A stretch of 25,530 nucleotides of DNA from the IMG/VR virus record IMGVR_UViG_3300042361_000388, positions 1 to 25,530 of that record; one strand, 5' to 3'. The translations under genes were made by a program, and so were the position numbers. The DNA is from a virus. Its lineage: Duplodnaviria; Caudoviricetes. Positions 24,201-25,530 of this stretch are shown one piece after another; the first letter of the stretch is position 1; each line of letters starts with the position of its first letter. The notes beneath the pieces are model-generated. The model was not told where the DNA came from. It did not search any database and was given only the letters and a program-made list of their open reading frames with translations.

Positions 24201-25529
24201 ATCGAGGCCCCACGGGTTATGAAGGCTCAGGTGAGCGGTATACAGGTTTGAACCGTACTGACGCATTTCTGCTGGGTTCGATGTTCTGCGGAAGTAGATG
24301 CCAGAAGGGTTGCTGGTTCTGTTCTTTGGCTGGGCTTGCACATCAAACACCCTGATGCCTTGTTCGTTCGAGGCATGCACGTAGCCGAGTTCATTGTACC
24401 CTCTGCTTGCGGCGTATTCCCTGAGTTCATACTCGCTACCAAAAGCATCTCCTCTGAGAATCGGGTTGTTAAGAACCATAGGCGGGTTCTTTCTGATGTT
24501 CTCAAGGGCAACCTTAGAAGCCTCGTCCATCGTGGCGAATCTGCCGAGTCTGGTCCCCCTGTCGTCGAACACCTCGACGCTACCATATGGGGCAGAGTCA
24601 GCCTGTTGCGACTCCTTCATCTTGACGAGGAAGGTATAGCCAGACGGGTGCTTGAAGTTGAAGCCCTGAGGCGTAGGCTCGCCGTCAAGTTCCTTCGGGT
24701 GCATGTTCCTGACGATATCCTTGTAGGCGTTCTTGAACGTGAACGGCAGTTTCTGGTCACGAAGACGCAGATTGGTCATTCTGTTCAGGCTGAATGACAT
24801 GACCGTGGAAAGGTGGTTTCTGGCGATTTCCCCGTTAGGAGTATTAAGGTAGGTGTCAGCCTGACCCTTAGCCATACCCATCACTTGATGCAAAACGTTG
24901 CGACGTTCGCCACCCTTGCCGTCAACCCATAGGTCTGCCGAAACGACCCTTGTCTTGTCCATTGGGTCCTTAGAAGCGTTCTCCAGATACCTGAAGAGGT
25001 CGGTCATGTAGTTCGTGTGGTTGCCGTTCCACAGCATCTGGACGATAGGATTACGCCATTGGTTGTTGGCTCTGGTCTGGATGTTGTCGTAGTCGAGCAT
25101 GTTGCCCTTTATCTCGAACTCGCCTCTGGGGGAAATCTTCACGTCAAGGCCGAAGACGACGCCAGTACGCATCTTGAACGGCACGGCATTGCCCTTGAGT
25201 CTTGGAGGATTGCTACCGCTCGAAAGCATTTCCATCGACGCACCGATGCCGCCGAAATCGACGATGTTGCTGTCCAGACGTCCTTCCGTGATGTTCTGGA
25301 AGAGACGCATCTTATTAGCCATCTCTCTGCTCATATGACCAGAGTTGACTATCATATCCAGAATCTCGTCGCTGAAAGGACCTCTGATGCTACCGTCGGC
25401 ATCGACCCTGAATGTACGCTTATCCATCGGCACACCCATCAGCAACTTGTAAACTTCTTTACCCTTGAACTTGTTCTCACGCTTTATCTGAGCCTGAGTC
25501 TTCGGCTTATAGGAGCCGTCAATGTTGCG
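21225..25529 (-). CDS. Very large polyvalent/internal virion protein with an ART-like domain, 5' end beyond the window
   Basis: The frame stays open upstream of 25445 to the window edge (>1430 aa). Contains ART-PolyVal-like motifs and a zincin-like segment. Confidence 0.85.
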   Translation of the reverse strand, partial: RNIDGSYKPKTQAQIKRENKFKGKEVYKLLMGVPMDKRTFRVDADGSIRGPFSDEILDMIVNSGHMSREMANKMRLFQNITEGRLDSNIVDFGGIGASMEMLSSGSNPPRLKGNAVPFKMRTGVVFGLDVKISPRGEFEIKGNMLDYDNIQTRANNQWRNPIVQMLWNGNHTNYMTDLFRYLENASKDPMDKTRVVSADLWVDGKGGERRNVLHQVMGMAKGQADTYLNTPNGEIARNHLSTVMSFSLNRMTNLRLRDQKLPFTFKNAYKDIVRNMHPKELDGEPTPQGFNFKHPSGYTFLVKMKESQQADSAPYGSVEVFDDRGTRLGRFATMDEASKVALENIRKNPPMVLNNPILRGDAFGSEYELREYAASRGYNELGYVHASNEQGIRVFDVQAQPKNRTSNPSGIYFRRTSNPAEMRQYGSNLYTAHLSLHNPWGLDGRTYNSDGTVKGRNRITKELLEDLRAILVRAKEKNSALSDGWVDGKMERFQNSGSFSYLGIESILNPNAMRDLLVRHGFDGIDDGMDKAVFFPEQIKSDKLITTDAHGNPVPKSERFNRASADINRSVAEGAGEAVRFPSRKKEPMFKDSYMGYGGYFLPEGSDPFPMLDPYEYDKGLDGKAVKLYPDVKPSHKDSTLYTFMRWHAEFNKPLTIKDVLQFLDNQGTSVHSNIARSYWSNWARTLMSLASERELNRILTLTQKDEAFASSVETVLGLKHEKVQSFESDPTNQRGFRFDKVEDDPEPKKKGEKQEKKDVGEDFGETDSENAILDKDAGKQTKTKKPYKVINKTMVHQQFAYLPLQMIIDKMYERERAGTITFTETEKGVEKKRTYPSQAQLIWNSLQGRSFEGVALEEIGHTFEGRIASEAEARDSTGLLKQINSQGEGNTSGKAWMDAVDKFIDMYEKRIINDPTVVDPIVLSYARFMKLYREVMKNYLVKNEKTGTISNLWDPAVIEHNKNYIKVNDKTGKVTLDPKRGSLKKGWKTIPSSSTYSGKAILDTQIALDIGKAGRTGPLVGAFFDSSKEYRLAYPHEFFISLMNDPQFLVQLTGMKINPDLLTNLDTDAIRTGFSQNVASLHNQMAWDLARFLSVDGAPKYGAAHMLLEEVVRILDLNRRGSKGIDINDMSATADIQRTSLMLGRDTPTAFLPDRPHGFLTPSEKEMMGMHREALKAWKEKGYGEDFSEGLSDFELWEELKNRKDNSNYWTWYFGPTQGERPLKYTREESQMIGIGGIEGIIRNPEIPAEFKKTLFTDKEGFLDVKYIDDSGNVWDVEKGKIDNKATKENKAQIDKAVKERKKQEAEQQTQQEQTQPPKEEETTTKETEAERETQQDTGEDQTVPPDRRPPPEGQEPSTPLPQRDLTREDYRVWKDWIPVDNGKTSMVKNAMNYAIMHINGKFRLYNPSREIIGVYKDIEEAKRRALRERPKR

Positions 25530-25530
25530 T

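Noticed and set aside
1-25530. Stop-codon reassignment
   Set aside because: Genes tile densely under the standard code, with TAA, TGA and TAG all used as stops. No suppressor tRNA is present.

Overview
The window is part of a tailed dsDNA phage genome. From left to right: (i) a minus-strand packaging block (probable portal N-terminus, HTH protein, terminase large subunit, GH19-like lysozyme, two small proteins) and four tRNAs (Ile-TAT, Gln-TTG, Arg-TCT, Thr-TGT); (ii) a G-skewed non-coding stretch with 11-bp-period repeats (~3690-4100); (iii) an array of six self-contained minus-strand expression cassettes (4104-7207); (iv) more minus-strand early genes, most with their own TTGAC promoter; (v) a plus-strand replication/recombination module (endonuclease VII, RecE/ExoVIII-like nuclease, initiator with internal iterons, DnaC-like loader, candidate sRNA, RHH protein, ERF annealase, metallophosphoesterase); (vi) a minus-strand late block (spanin-like lipoprotein, two proteins sharing a C-terminal domain, holin, and a >1400-aa polyvalent protein with an ADP-ribosyltransferase-like domain running off the right edge). 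The stand-out feature is the cassette array. Each unit has a promoter with a GTG at the predicted +1 (leaderless), a conserved ~80-nt covarying three-hairpin/pseudoknot element inside the coding sequence, an unrelated cargo ORF and a GNRA-loop terminator. A candidate small RNA at ~13436-13511 is antisense to the shared AACCAC motif. All protein calls come from motif recognition by eye; no database search was run.
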